The notes below the pieces were generated by a model. It did not search any database. It was not told the origin of the DNA and saw only the letters and a list, made by a program, of their open reading frames with translations. Position numbers and translations under genes: made by a program. From positions 1 to 64,000 of the IMG/VR virus record IMGVR_UViG_3300024239_000013: a stretch of DNA of 64,000 nt, one strand, 5' to 3'. Below are positions 30,922-40,221 of this stretch, piece after piece. The first letter of the stretch is position 1; every line of letters begins with the position of its first letter.

Positions 30922-31245
30922 TTATCGATTCTCAATTGAGCGATTTTTTTTATTTAGATTCCTTATCACAGATTCTTTCTCTTTTATCACAGCTTCTTTT
31001 TCCTTCCACTTAGCACTCTCTTTAATCTGACGATTGACTTCATTTTGAATGGTAAGTGGTCTCTTCTTTTCATACCTCTCTATGAACTTTTTCATCTTAA
31101 GAATCTCGTTGTTGAGATAATCTATCTCTGATTGCAACTTACCGTTCTCAATTTCTAACGATTTGCATCTAGTTTCCAAAGCAGCAAAGATCTCATCTTT
31201 ACCGTATTTTCTTCTTAGTTTTAGTAAAACCTCATCGTCACTCAT
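30922..31245 (-). CDS. Coiled-coil hypothetical protein
   Basis: Heptad-rich ORF overlapping the upstream gene by 4 nt. Confidence 0.7.
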   Translation of the reverse strand: MSDDEVLLKLRRKYGKDEIFAALETRCKSLEIENGKLQSEIDYLNNEILKMKKFIERYEKKRPLTIQNEVNRQIKESAKWKEKEAVIKEKESVIRNLNKKNRSIENR

Positions 31246-31511
31246 AACACCTCGGCTTCTTTTAACTGTTCGTAGACATTGAGCACCTTGTGGTGGTCAG
31301 AGTTTTCTATTTCGTTGATAAGAGTTTCTATCACCGAGGATCCTAGATCATTTTCAACGTCCTCCTTCCTACGGTGTTTACCCTGAATTATGAATGATAG
31401 AGTGGTTAAAGCATCACAGTCCGAAGATGCTATGAATTCACATATCTTCTTTCTCATTCTGTGACCTTCGACCATCTTGGTCTGGTTGAGATAAAGACTA
31501 TTTACTCCCAT
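31242..31511 (-). CDS. Hypothetical protein
   Basis: Operon member. Confidence 0.65.
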   Translation of the reverse strand: MGVNSLYLNQTKMVEGHRMRKKICEFIASSDCDALTTLSFIIQGKHRRKEDVENDLGSSVIETLINEIENSDHHKVLNVYEQLKEAEVL

Positions 31512-31734
31512 TGATCAGCAGTAAATAAACTATAATTACTAAAACTGATCCCATCCAGCTTTTTAGAGAAGGTTCCACGTCGAATCCGATTAGCATTAAT
31601 CCAGCTACCAGAAGCATTGGCAACCCTACAAAAAAAAGCAACGAAAACATAGCCAGAAAAATTAAAGCTGATGTTCCCATAGATTGGAGATCCCCCCTTG
31701 ATAGTTTTCTAAAAAATTCTCTTACTCTTTCCAT
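31498..31734 (-). CDS. Small membrane protein
   Basis: Two hydrophobic segments. Confidence 0.7.
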   Translation of the reverse strand: MERVREFFRKLSRGDLQSMGTSALIFLAMFSLLFFVGLPMLLVAGLMLIGFDVEPSLKSWMGSVLVIIVYLLLINGSK

Positions 31735-31805
31735 ATTAATGTACCTGATTTATTTTTTTTTATTTTTATTATCTATTATATAATTTTTCTTTCCGTTTTT
31801 CTTTT

Positions 31806-32054
31806 TTAGATTTCCCACGGTTGTTTATCGCCGATACCTCTTTGCCACTTAATCTCGTTGTTAACCAAGATCCCGACAATTTCACCGTTGGTGGTAGGTT
31901 TAAGTGCAATGCTTTTAACATAACTACCTGGTTTCTTAACTTTATCGTAGATAAACCTTTTCCCATTTTCGTAAACCACAGTGACCTCATAGCCTCCTGG
32001 TTGTAGACTCAGTTCATTTGTTCTGTAATCATCAGATACCCTTAGATCGCTCAT
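31806..32054 (-). CDS. Hypothetical protein
   Basis: TN.LSL.PGG..V.V.Y..G....YD.VK.P..Y motif. Confidence 0.75.
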   Translation of the reverse strand: MSDLRVSDDYRTNELSLQPGGYEVTVVYENGKRFIYDKVKKPGSYVKSIALKPTTNGEIVGILVNNEIKWQRGIGDKQPWEI

Positions 32055-32095
32055 AATGAATTATTTTTTTTATTAAATTTTTTTTTATTTTGAGT

Positions 32096-32434
32096 TTATG
32101 TAGAAAATATATCCAGATCCGGGTTAGGTATAAGTCTCCAGCTTTTCTCTACCCCAGGTCCTCTTGCTAGACTAACCGTAATAGCCTCTTCCTTTAGCTT
32201 ATTCAAAGCTTCTATATAATCCCCTTTTTTATATAGTTCTTGTATCCCCTTTGCAGTAGTCCCGTTGATGTCTGCCATATAAACAACAGCGTGTCTGGTT
32301 CTATTTGCATTTGCTCTTAGCACCATCATGGAGAGTTCCTTTTCATCAAACTTGGGTTCTCCAGTTTCCACATTATATGGTGCAACTCTAAAAGACTCTA
32401 AACCATATGCGTCTGCTATTCCGTAAACTTTCAT
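32096..32434 (-). CDS. Hypothetical early protein
   Basis: GIAD.YGLESF...RA.AN..RHA...W..IPNP.LD; class I promoter. Confidence 0.8.
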   Translation of the reverse strand: MKVYGIADAYGLESFRVAPYNVETGEPKFDEKELSMMVLRANANRTRHAVVYMADINGTTAKGIQELYKKGDYIEALNKLKEEAITVSLARGPGVEKSWRLIPNPDLDIFST

Positions 32435-32842
32435 AAAATTTCTTTTTGGTTTTAATGACGTAAATGTAAGAATAAAGATCGAGATAAAAAAATTATTTTA
32501 CAATATAAAAAAAAAGGAGGAACTCAAGTAATGAATCCACTCCTATTTAGAAATTGGGCATATAATTTTTTTTATACCCTCTATATATTCTCATTCCTAT
32601 ACTTTTTTTGTAACGAAAGTAAATATTCCCAGGTTAATTTCCTGCTGCCATCAACTGAATTAACTGCATCATATTCATCCTTAGTTGGGTCTTTTATCTC
32701 TCCAAATTTCCAGCTTATGATAAGGTCCAATATAATGCTGGATTTAGTAATGCTTATGTGAAGTTGTCTATTCGACCGATTTATCCTTCTAACCTCTTCT
32801 CCTCCTAGCCTATCAGTTTCCTTTCTGATGATCCATTGCTTC

Positions 32843-33049
32843 TTAAGCCTCCTCGCCTTCTTCTTTATCCAGTTTATCATTGGCATTGTAGAATTTGATT
32901 CTGGATTCAATATCACCGGGGTTTATGCGAATCCCTATAGATTCCAGGTTCTTTACAACCTTGTCGGAATCCACTTCACCGTTGTTTTCTTCTGCAAATC
33001 TTTTTATCTCTTTATAGATAAGATCAGATTTGAATTCGTGTGATTTCAT
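32843..33049 (-). CDS. Small hypothetical protein
   Basis: ATG-started ORF with protein-like composition. Confidence 0.6.
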   Translation of the reverse strand: MKSHEFKSDLIYKEIKRFAEENNGEVDSDKVVKNLESIGIRINPGDIESRIKFYNANDKLDKEEGEEA

Positions 33050-33094
33050 ATTAGATTTTTAATAATAATTATATTATGATTTTTTTTAATCTGC

Positions 33095-33364
33095 TTAACC
33101 ATTATCCGAAGATTCCTGTTTGGCTAAAAGACTTATGCAATGTAGAATAATCCTTTGTTTGTCCTCTAGATTAATCTTACTTGAATCCAATTCTTTCTTA
33201 GCAGCCATAACTTGTAAATAAACTCCTCTTGCTAGTTTTTCAACCTCCTTTCTGTAGGTGACTAGTAGTTCGCTTGTCTTAGCATCCATGCTTAATTCTA
33301 TAATATTTTTTTTTATTAGTGTTTTAATTTCCCGTTCGATAGTTTGATAACACATTTCCAACAC
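33095..33364 (-). CDS. Hypothetical protein (true start probably MDAKT)
   Basis: Operon member. Confidence 0.55.
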   Translation of the reverse strand: MLEMCYQTIEREIKTLIKKNIIELSMDAKTSELLVTYRKEVEKLARGVYLQVMAAKKELDSSKINLEDKQRIILHCISLLAKQESSDNG

Positions 33365-33482
33365 GTAACTGCTGTTGCTTGGTAATCAACCTTATCAACT
33401 GGTTCCCCACATAGTTTACAATTTAATCTCTTAAATGTTTTTTGAATTCTGGATTTAATTTTATCCTTTAATTTAGCCATGA

Positions 33483-33797
33483 TTAGTATCCCATTTCAAT
33501 TTTAACTGAAGGATCCGGTTTTATCTCGTGTCCGGGAATGTTTCTTTTAACATAATCTGCTAGGAATTGACATCTCTCATACTCCTCATTGATTATGAAA
33601 AGACTTGTCATTCTATCTATAGCCTTACATACTGAATCCAGATCAACATCAACTATTGCTGAATCTCCTTTCGATACCAACATATCGTAAGCCATATAAC
33701 ATCCATCAACAAACTCTTTTCTTGATATCTCTTTTAGCTTCTCCTGAATTTCTTTTGAGTGTGCTTCAAACTCTTCGTCGTCAAAGTCTTCGTGCAT
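33483..33797 (-). CDS. Hypothetical protein with UVR-like EEYERC motif
   Basis: F...EEYERC..L. Confidence 0.7.
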   Translation of the reverse strand: MHEDFDDEEFEAHSKEIQEKLKEISRKEFVDGCYMAYDMLVSKGDSAIVDVDLDSVCKAIDRMTSLFIINEEYERCQFLADYVKRNIPGHEIKPDPSVKIEMGY

Positions 33798-33801
33798 AAC
33801 G

Positions 33802-34023
33802 TTATTCTATTATATGTGCTGTTTTACTTAATCCTGTTTCTTTAACCTCTCTGTATAAAGTACTGCCTTCTGAAATGATTTCCATTTCTCCCTCAAATTC
33901 GCTACTGGTGTCTCTTCTGATTTTCTCCCTAATGATAACACCGCCGGCGAGATATACCTTGTTCTGTATATCGTAATGCTTAGCCTTGTTATCCGTGGTA
34001 CATATAAATTTTACCGCTGCCAT
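33802..34023 (-). CDS. Small hypothetical protein
   Basis: Class II promoter at 34051-34080. Confidence 0.7.
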   Translation of the reverse strand: MAAVKFICTTDNKAKHYDIQNKVYLAGGVIIREKIRRDTSSEFEGEMEIISEGSTLYREVKETGLSKTAHIIE

Positions 34024-34332
34024 TTTTATGGTTTTATTTTAGATTTATATATTATAGTGAAAATCCAGACAAAGATTTCAGACAAATTGGTGGTAGGCTT
34101 TACTTCATATTAAGCTTTCACCCCGGGAGTTTTTCTTTTTTCATCCAGCCAATTTTTAAACATGGCTCTTTCCTCCTCGTTCATTTCATTGTGGAATTTT
34201 TCAAATTCTCCAGCTGCTTCCTTAAAATCTTGAATCAATTGTTCAATGCTTCTTGTTGTTCTCATAATCTTTTATTTTAAATTGTTAAATGTATTAATAT
34301 TCTTTTTTTCCTTCCTTTCCTTCCCTTAATTA

Positions 34333-34965
34333 CTATACATACTCGTATTTTTTTTCAGCGGTCCCATTGTACTTAAGCCCATTCTCATAGAATTCCATTT
34401 CGTTCTCAGAGATTCTAATTTCCATTTCAGCATCTGAAAAATAATCACTATAAGATCTTTCTATTCTGTTTTTTATTTCTTCTACGTGGGTTTTGAATTT
34501 TTCCTCTGCGTTTTTAACTAGGACTTTAACGTAGTTGTACCTTGGATCAGATTCTAAAAATTCATTATCAATTGTAAGTGTCGTTGAAGTATAATGGCTT
34601 TCATGAAAACTAAAGCTAATGTACTTCTGGTATTTTTTCGGAAAGCCAAGCCATTCGAGAAACATTTCTTCGTTGGTTATCTCTAGGGCTTCCTTAATAT
34701 TAATTGTTCCAAATTCTCCTTCATACTCCAGTCCCTTTCTGTGGTTTTTGAAAACGAAATTGTCATGGTTCTTTTCATAATAATCCTCTCCGAATAACTC
34801 CGCCATTTCTTTGTGTTGGGGTTCGAATAATGCGCAGTCATCAATTGCCCAGTCATAAGCCTCGTCGGAATTTGTGTGCTTTAGTCTTTCCCTCATTTTT
34901 TCGATAGCAACTTTTTTTGCTTCTTCTGAAAGTTCGTTGAATTGGTAAATGTTTATTGTTCTCAT
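34333..34965 (-). CDS. Conserved phage hypothetical protein
   Basis: Y.F.ELSEEAK..AIE N-terminus and N..EF.ENG C-terminus; class I promoter. Confidence 0.8.
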   Translation of the reverse strand: MRTINIYQFNELSEEAKKVAIEKMRERLKHTNSDEAYDWAIDDCALFEPQHKEMAELFGEDYYEKNHDNFVFKNHRKGLEYEGEFGTINIKEALEITNEEMFLEWLGFPKKYQKYISFSFHESHYTSTTLTIDNEFLESDPRYNYVKVLVKNAEEKFKTHVEEIKNRIERSYSDYFSDAEMEIRISENEMEFYENGLKYNGTAEKKYEYV

Positions 34966-35049
34966 TGTTGTCCTATTTTTGATGAGGTAAAATTACAAAA
35001 TCTTATTTAGATAAAAAAATAATTTACAAATTTTTTTAAGAAAAATAAT

Positions 35050-35529
35050 TTAATCTCGAATATTTTCCAACCTCACACTTTCGTTGATTCTTGTATTCAG
35101 CTCTCCAACCTTTAAATTAATCCAGTTGTCAACCCTGGCAGTTATTTCATTTTTAACCAATTCCAGGTCTATATCCACTTTCACATCAAACCCAAAGGAG
35201 ATTTCAATGTTTTCCGAAAATATCCATGTTTTATTACTATTCGGTTTGTAGTTCAATTTTTCAGGTTCGTCAAAGTATTCTATGTAGATTGCGGTTTTCT
35301 CTGCCACTTGGTCGAGTATACTCATACCCAAAGAATTTTTCAAAAAAGCTTTTATTGTTTCAGTTCTACTTATCTCTGCGAGAAACTTGCACACAAAAAG
35401 CTTATCCCTCGACAACTTTTCGGAAGGGAATAAAAATGAATATCTAACATCAATTTCGACATTCTCTAAACCAAGAGATTCCACCTCGGAAATGAATTCT
35501 TCTATCAATCTATCTAACATTTTACACAC
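35050..35529 (-). CDS. Hypothetical protein
   Basis: 159-aa ORF. Confidence 0.7.
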   Translation of the reverse strand: MCKMLDRLIEEFISEVESLGLENVEIDVRYSFLFPSEKLSRDKLFVCKFLAEISRTETIKAFLKNSLGMSILDQVAEKTAIYIEYFDEPEKLNYKPNSNKTWIFSENIEISFGFDVKVDIDLELVKNEITARVDNWINLKVGELNTRINESVRLENIRD

Positions 35530-35609
35530 ATATGAGACTATTATAAACGTGGGTTAAAAAAATGCAATTTCCCAAAAAGCATTTGTGTCTAATGGGTAAC
35601 ACCTCGGAT

Positions 35610-35876
35610 CTATTGCTGTTCCTTGTCCTTAGCCTTTTTACCGGACTCATTTCTTCCCTTTCTCTTAGCAGCTTCTGGATCGGGTCTAGTGACGTACAAC
35701 GAAACCCCTGCAACAACGCAGGTTAGGATCAATAGCATTGGCTTCATGAATCCAGGCCACTCCACAGGATTAAAAGAATCCAATAAGAAACTGAGGTTGA
35801 TATAAACCAGTAATAATGATATAAGGAAAACCTTTCCCTGATACTCGAACGAATTGTTGTTTTTTTGATCAGCCAT
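35610..35876 (-). CDS. Small two-TM membrane protein with basic tail
   Basis: Hydrophobic pair around SFNPVEW; class I promoter. Confidence 0.75.
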   Translation of the reverse strand: MADQKNNNSFEYQGKVFLISLLLVYINLSFLLDSFNPVEWPGFMKPMLLILTCVVAGVSLYVTRPDPEAAKRKGRNESGKKAKDKEQQ

Positions 35877-36160
35877 CTTCTATTCTATTTTATTATATTA
35901 TATTTTTTTTATACAAATATAGAAAATCTTTGCGGAATAAAAAAATTAAATTGGGTTCTAAGAGTTTTTTTTAAACGCCCGGCCACATAGTATATTAGCA
36001 CCTTACTATGTTTTTTTTTGCTGAATCATTTTTTTCCTTCGAGAAAATTTCATAAATTTACATTGGGGAATTGTGGTCAAAAAAATACACCGAGAAAATA
36101 TTCCGCGGTGTAAAATAAAGAATAGGTTGTTTATTATTTAAGTTTATCTTATATTACGTA

Positions 36161-36991
36161 TTAGGGAGTGTAGTTGTCTAGGAAGTGAATAGCCCTTCTC
36201 GCCGAATTCCTATTAAATGTTTCTCTGCTCTTAGTGTGTTTTCTGTAGTATTCACCTCTTCCGAATTCTCTATCGTAGTCATATCCAGGAGAGAGGTAGG
36301 ATTCCAATTCATCTATGAGTTCGCTCACTATTTCCTTAGTATCTATGGGAGCGAGGTCTGTTTCTAGATCCAGCCAGTCCTGAGATGACTTAGGAACCAA
36401 AGGATCATTTAGTAGATCTGTGGCGTAGTTGATTGCAGAGTCTGCGTCGTTTTGTAGTTCGATCTCGGAGCTCGGGTAGGTTAGCTGTAAAGCATATTCC
36501 TCCGGGAGGTCCAGTGTTCTAACCACCCACTTATCAGCTTTGAGCTTATCCTGAGGTCTCTTAGGTGTAAGGATAGTGAATAGTGGGATCCCAATGAAAA
36601 GCTCGAACAACTGCTCGTCATCATCGTAGTCTATTTCTCTGTATAGATCGGGTTCGCCGTCGTAATAGCTTTCCTTCAGACCTTCACCCTCACCTTTATC
36701 CTTACTCATCTCCTTATAAAGAGAAAGAGCCGAGGGTTCGTCAACCAACCCAGCCTTTACGAGTTTGGTGTAGTATGCAGGATCTTCCCATAGGTGATCC
36801 AATGCTATCTCTTCTGCAATCCCTTTGTTGTCGGCGTGTTCAGATTCTACTGCCACCCCGAGTTCCAGTTGCTTATTTTTTAGACTAAGTAGCGTGGCTT
36901 CATCTGAGATGCCATGTCTTTTGGCTACCGCGGGTAGGGTTGGGGGTTTGGAGGCTCCGCCCTGTAAGAACGATTCGAACTTTTGTATCAT
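36161..36991 (-). CDS. DUF5661-like protein with CTS-like N-terminus, GC-rich
   Basis: QL..G..VE.EH...A.EIA.DHL.E.P.YY.KL; MIQKFESFL; family name from memory. Confidence 0.7.
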   Translation of the reverse strand: MIQKFESFLQGGASKPPTLPAVAKRHGISDEATLLSLKNKQLELGVAVESEHADNKGIAEEIALDHLWEDPAYYTKLVKAGLVDEPSALSLYKEMSKDKGEGEGLKESYYDGEPDLYREIDYDDDEQLFELFIGIPLFTILTPKRPQDKLKADKWVVRTLDLPEEYALQLTYPSSEIELQNDADSAINYATDLLNDPLVPKSSQDWLDLETDLAPIDTKEIVSELIDELESYLSPGYDYDREFGRGEYYRKHTKSRETFNRNSARRAIHFLDNYTP

Positions 36992-37059
36992 GTTATGTTA
37001 GGTTATGTTATATTGTATTGTTCCTTGTATATATTTACATGCGTGTTAAAGAGGATGAG

Positions 37060-38140
37060 AGTTAAGACTAAGACTAAGACTAAGACTAAGGTTTCTCTGG
37101 GGAATTTTGGGGAGAATCCCAGAGAGGGCCCGGCCTCCAAATAGATAATAGATATAGTAAAGCTAAGTATACTAAGACTAAGACTAAGTATAAAGCTAAA
37201 GCTAAAGCTAATTAGACTAAGGCTAAGACTAAGACTAAGTATAGACATAGGTATACTAAGAAGACATCCACTATCCAGACTAAGACTAAGACTTGTTCCG
37301 TTCCTAGTTCAGCTAAGAGAACTAATCTGAGTGGTGGGCTCGCGTGCCTCTTGTGGAACCCGGGGCGAGGCGAAGGGTAAAGGGGTACAGAGGGGGTAAA
37401 CGGGGCGATTATCGGGGCGGGGAAATCGGGGCGAGATTCGGGGTCGGACTACGGGGGAAGAAACCAAGTTTTTTTCCAGTTTTTTCCAGTTTTTTCCACT
37501 TCGTTACACTCTGCCAACTTGGTGGGGAAACCCCGGGGGTAAACGGGGATTTCTTAGAATCTCCCAGAAACACCCTGGGTGGTGGGCTCGGCCCTAAAGA
37601 GGGGCTTCCACAAGGGCCCTTTTTACGAGAAAACCCCCGGTTGGATATGGATAAGTACCTGGATACTCTCTGGTTGGGTACGACTAAGTGATAGGGATAC
37701 TCTCTGGTTGGATATGGATAAGTACCTGGATACTCTCTGGTTACGTAACGATTGGGGAATGTGTCTACGTCTCTCTATGTACTAATGACTGAAGCGTCTT
37801 GAATTCCTTACGCGGGTATGCGTCCATGTAGTAACTTACTATCATACTATGTTTCTTTAGATAGTGTGGTTATTGTACTTAGTCTTAGTCTTTCTTATCT
37901 CTTCTCACTCTACTTGACTACTGAGAATTGGTTTGTTATGCTACGTAACTTATCTAGTAGTATAATGAGATAGATGTGGATATTATGCTTACTGTGCATC
38001 ACCCTGGGTAGTCTTAGTCTTAGTCTTAGTCTACCACCTACATTTATGCTTAGCTTTATACTTAGTCTTAGTGACGGAAAATGTATGAGCTATTTGGAGG
38101 CCGGGCCCTCTAGGAGAAAGGAGCCCGAAATCCCCCTCGA
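37060..38140. repeat. ~1.1-kb non-coding element with inverted arms, (ACTAAG)n tracts, a G-run tract and internal direct repeats
   Basis: Perfect inverted repeats 37123-37144/38090-38111 (22 bp) and 37177-37199/38050-38072 (23 bp); GGTTGGATATGGATAAGTACCTGGATACTCTCTGGTT twice (~37639, ~37706). Confidence 0.9.
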
Positions 38141-38667
38141 GCTCTCATTTCACCCAATTGCCTGATCCATGTTAACCGACATGATATAGAATGGATCTTT
38201 TTAAAGTAATATACAGAAAATAAAAGAAACCCATTAAAATTTTTGAGAATTTCAACTCAAATAAATCTGTTGATATGATCTTGATGGTTTCCCCGAGATC
38301 AAAGCGGGGGTGATCGAAAGGACTGGTATGGGATCTTCCTAGAATTGCAGCACTAAAAAGAATCGGAATGCTTTAATGTCGCATTCAGCATTTAATTAAA
38401 AGGCAGGTTGATTCCTGCTTTTTTTGCGCAGATTCCATAGGTCTGAGAGTTTTTATTCAAATTCATATATCACAATAAAACAATCAGTATGGTATTTATT
38501 ATACGCATTCTTAAATGCAGCAAAGTGATTTACAGAAACTCGCTAAAAAAAGATCTCTATGTCTTTATCCTAACAAAAACCGGACAATGTTTTAGAGATA
38601 TATAAAACAGAACAAAATAAAAGGTGAATTGTATAAAAAGGCGGACAATAAAAAAATCCCAAAAAAT

Positions 38668-39495
38668 ATGAGCATTAAGAATTATAAAACATTCATAAGT
38701 GAAAGTTCGGATGCAAGTACACTGACAACTGAACAAATAGATTTCCTTGACAAGTATGTTATCGGTAAATGGCATATGAATGATGATGGATTTGTTGATG
38801 TTGATGGCGTGTTTGATTGTTCTAATAAAGGGATATCTGATTTTAAAGGAATAAAGTTTGGTAATGTTGATAGACATTTTAATTGTGCTGATAACAAATT
38901 AACCTCATTAGAAGGCGGTCCAAAAGAGGTTGGTGGTAGTTTTTATTGTAGTCATAACAAAATAACCTCATTAGAATTTGGTCCGAAAGAAGTTGGTGGT
39001 CATTTTTATTGTAATCATAACAACATAACCTCATTAGAAGGTTGTCCAAAAGAGGTCGGCGGTAGTTTTAATTGTTCGTATAACAACTTAATCTCATTAG
39101 AATTTGGTCCAAAAGAGGTGAAAGGATATTTTAATTGCTCAGATAACAACTTAATCTCATTAGAAGGAGCTCCGAAAGAAGTTGACGGTAGTTTTAATTG
39201 CTCAGATAACAACTTAATCTCATTAGAAGGAGCTCCAATAGAAATTGGGCGGGAATTTTATTTGGATCATAACGAAGGTGCATCAGCAGAAACTCTAAAA
39301 TCGATATACAGTAAAATGAAAGAAGCCAAATCTGATTATAAAACAGTTTTAAAATCTTTATGGAAAGGAATATCAATAGGAGATAAAATACTTTTATACA
39401 CACCAGATCTGGATTGGGTTGAAGAAGATGAAGCGGCTAAATTATATAACCTAAAGAAGTACAATAGCATAAAGAAAATGCTCTATTTCATATAA
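38668..39495 (+). CDS. LRR array paralogue 1 (6 x 21-aa repeats)
   Basis: LTSLEGxPxEVxGxFxCxxN repeats with conserved caps; start re-called to MSIKNYKTFISES. Confidence 0.95.
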   Translation: MSIKNYKTFISESSDASTLTTEQIDFLDKYVIGKWHMNDDGFVDVDGVFDCSNKGISDFKGIKFGNVDRHFNCADNKLTSLEGGPKEVGGSFYCSHNKITSLEFGPKEVGGHFYCNHNNITSLEGCPKEVGGSFNCSYNNLISLEFGPKEVKGYFNCSDNNLISLEGAPKEVDGSFNCSDNNLISLEGAPIEIGREFYLDHNEGASAETLKSIYSKMKEAKSDYKTVLKSLWKGISIGDKILLYTPDLDWVEEDEAAKLYNLKKYNSIKKMLYFI

Positions 39496-39509
39496 TATAA
39501 AGAAGCATA

Positions 39510-40205
39510 ATGAAAAGAATCTCAAATTATAAAACATTCATAAATGAAAGTACAGGTGCAAGTACATTGACTGCAGAACAGATCGATTTCCTTGATAGAT
39601 GTGTTAGAGGAACGTGGAAGCTGAATGATGAAGAATTTGTTGATGTTGATGGGAATTTTGATTGTTTCAATAAAGGAATATCTGACTTTAAAGGAATAAA
39701 GTTTGGTAAGGTTAATGGAGATTTTGATTGTTCATATAATAATTTAAGTTCTTTGGAAGGATGTCCAAAAGAAGTTGTTGGACATTTTGATTGCTCACAT
39801 AACAAATTATCTTCATTAGAATTTGCTCCGGAAAGGGTGAGAAGTAGTTTTTATTGCTCACACAACAACTTAACCTCATTAGAATTTGCTCCGGAAAGGG
39901 TGAAAAATAGTTTTTATTGTCAGAATAACAGCTTAACCTCATTAGATGGGGTTCCTAAAAAAGTTGGAGGATTTTTTTATTTTGATCATAATGAAGGGAT
40001 TTCTTCAGAAACCTTAAAAATGATATCCATCCAAATGAAAGTAATCAAATCTGATTATAAAACAGTTTTAAAATCTTTATGGAGTGAAATACCAGTAGAA
40101 GACAAAGTACTTTTATATTCATCAGATCTAGATTGGGTTGAAGAAGATGAAGGATCTAAATTATCTAATCTAAAGAAGTATAAAAACATAAAGAAAATGA
40201 TCTAA
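39510..40205 (+). CDS. LRR array paralogue 2 (4 repeats)
   Basis: Same caps and repeat. Confidence 0.95.
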   Translation: MKRISNYKTFINESTGASTLTAEQIDFLDRCVRGTWKLNDEEFVDVDGNFDCFNKGISDFKGIKFGKVNGDFDCSYNNLSSLEGCPKEVVGHFDCSHNKLSSLEFAPERVRSSFYCSHNNLTSLEFAPERVKNSFYCQNNSLTSLDGVPKKVGGFFYFDHNEGISSETLKMISIQMKVIKSDYKTVLKSLWSEIPVEDKVLLYSSDLDWVEEDEGSKLSNLKKYKNIKKMI

Positions 40206-40221
40206 TATAATATAAAGCAAC

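Larger units (their letters stand above)
9813..35607. repeat. Dispersed CACCTCGG/CACCGTNG half-sites and 17-bp palindromes CACCnnnG-n-CnnnGGTG
   Basis: 22 exact CACCTCGG/CCGAGGTG counted by eye; full 17-mers at 10043, 11507, 13246, 14173, 17536, 19197, 19788, 21830, 21926. Confidence 0.85.

Noticed and set aside
37060-38140. IS/MITE transposon
   Set aside because: No transposase, no recognisable target-site duplication, and the arms are degenerate microsatellite-like sequence.
37003-38165. ORFs 37003-37248, 37344-37691, 37579-37785, 37974-38165
   Set aside because: Low-complexity translations (SLSLSL, LVLVLV, mirrored LEAGPS) produced by the repeats and inverted arms.
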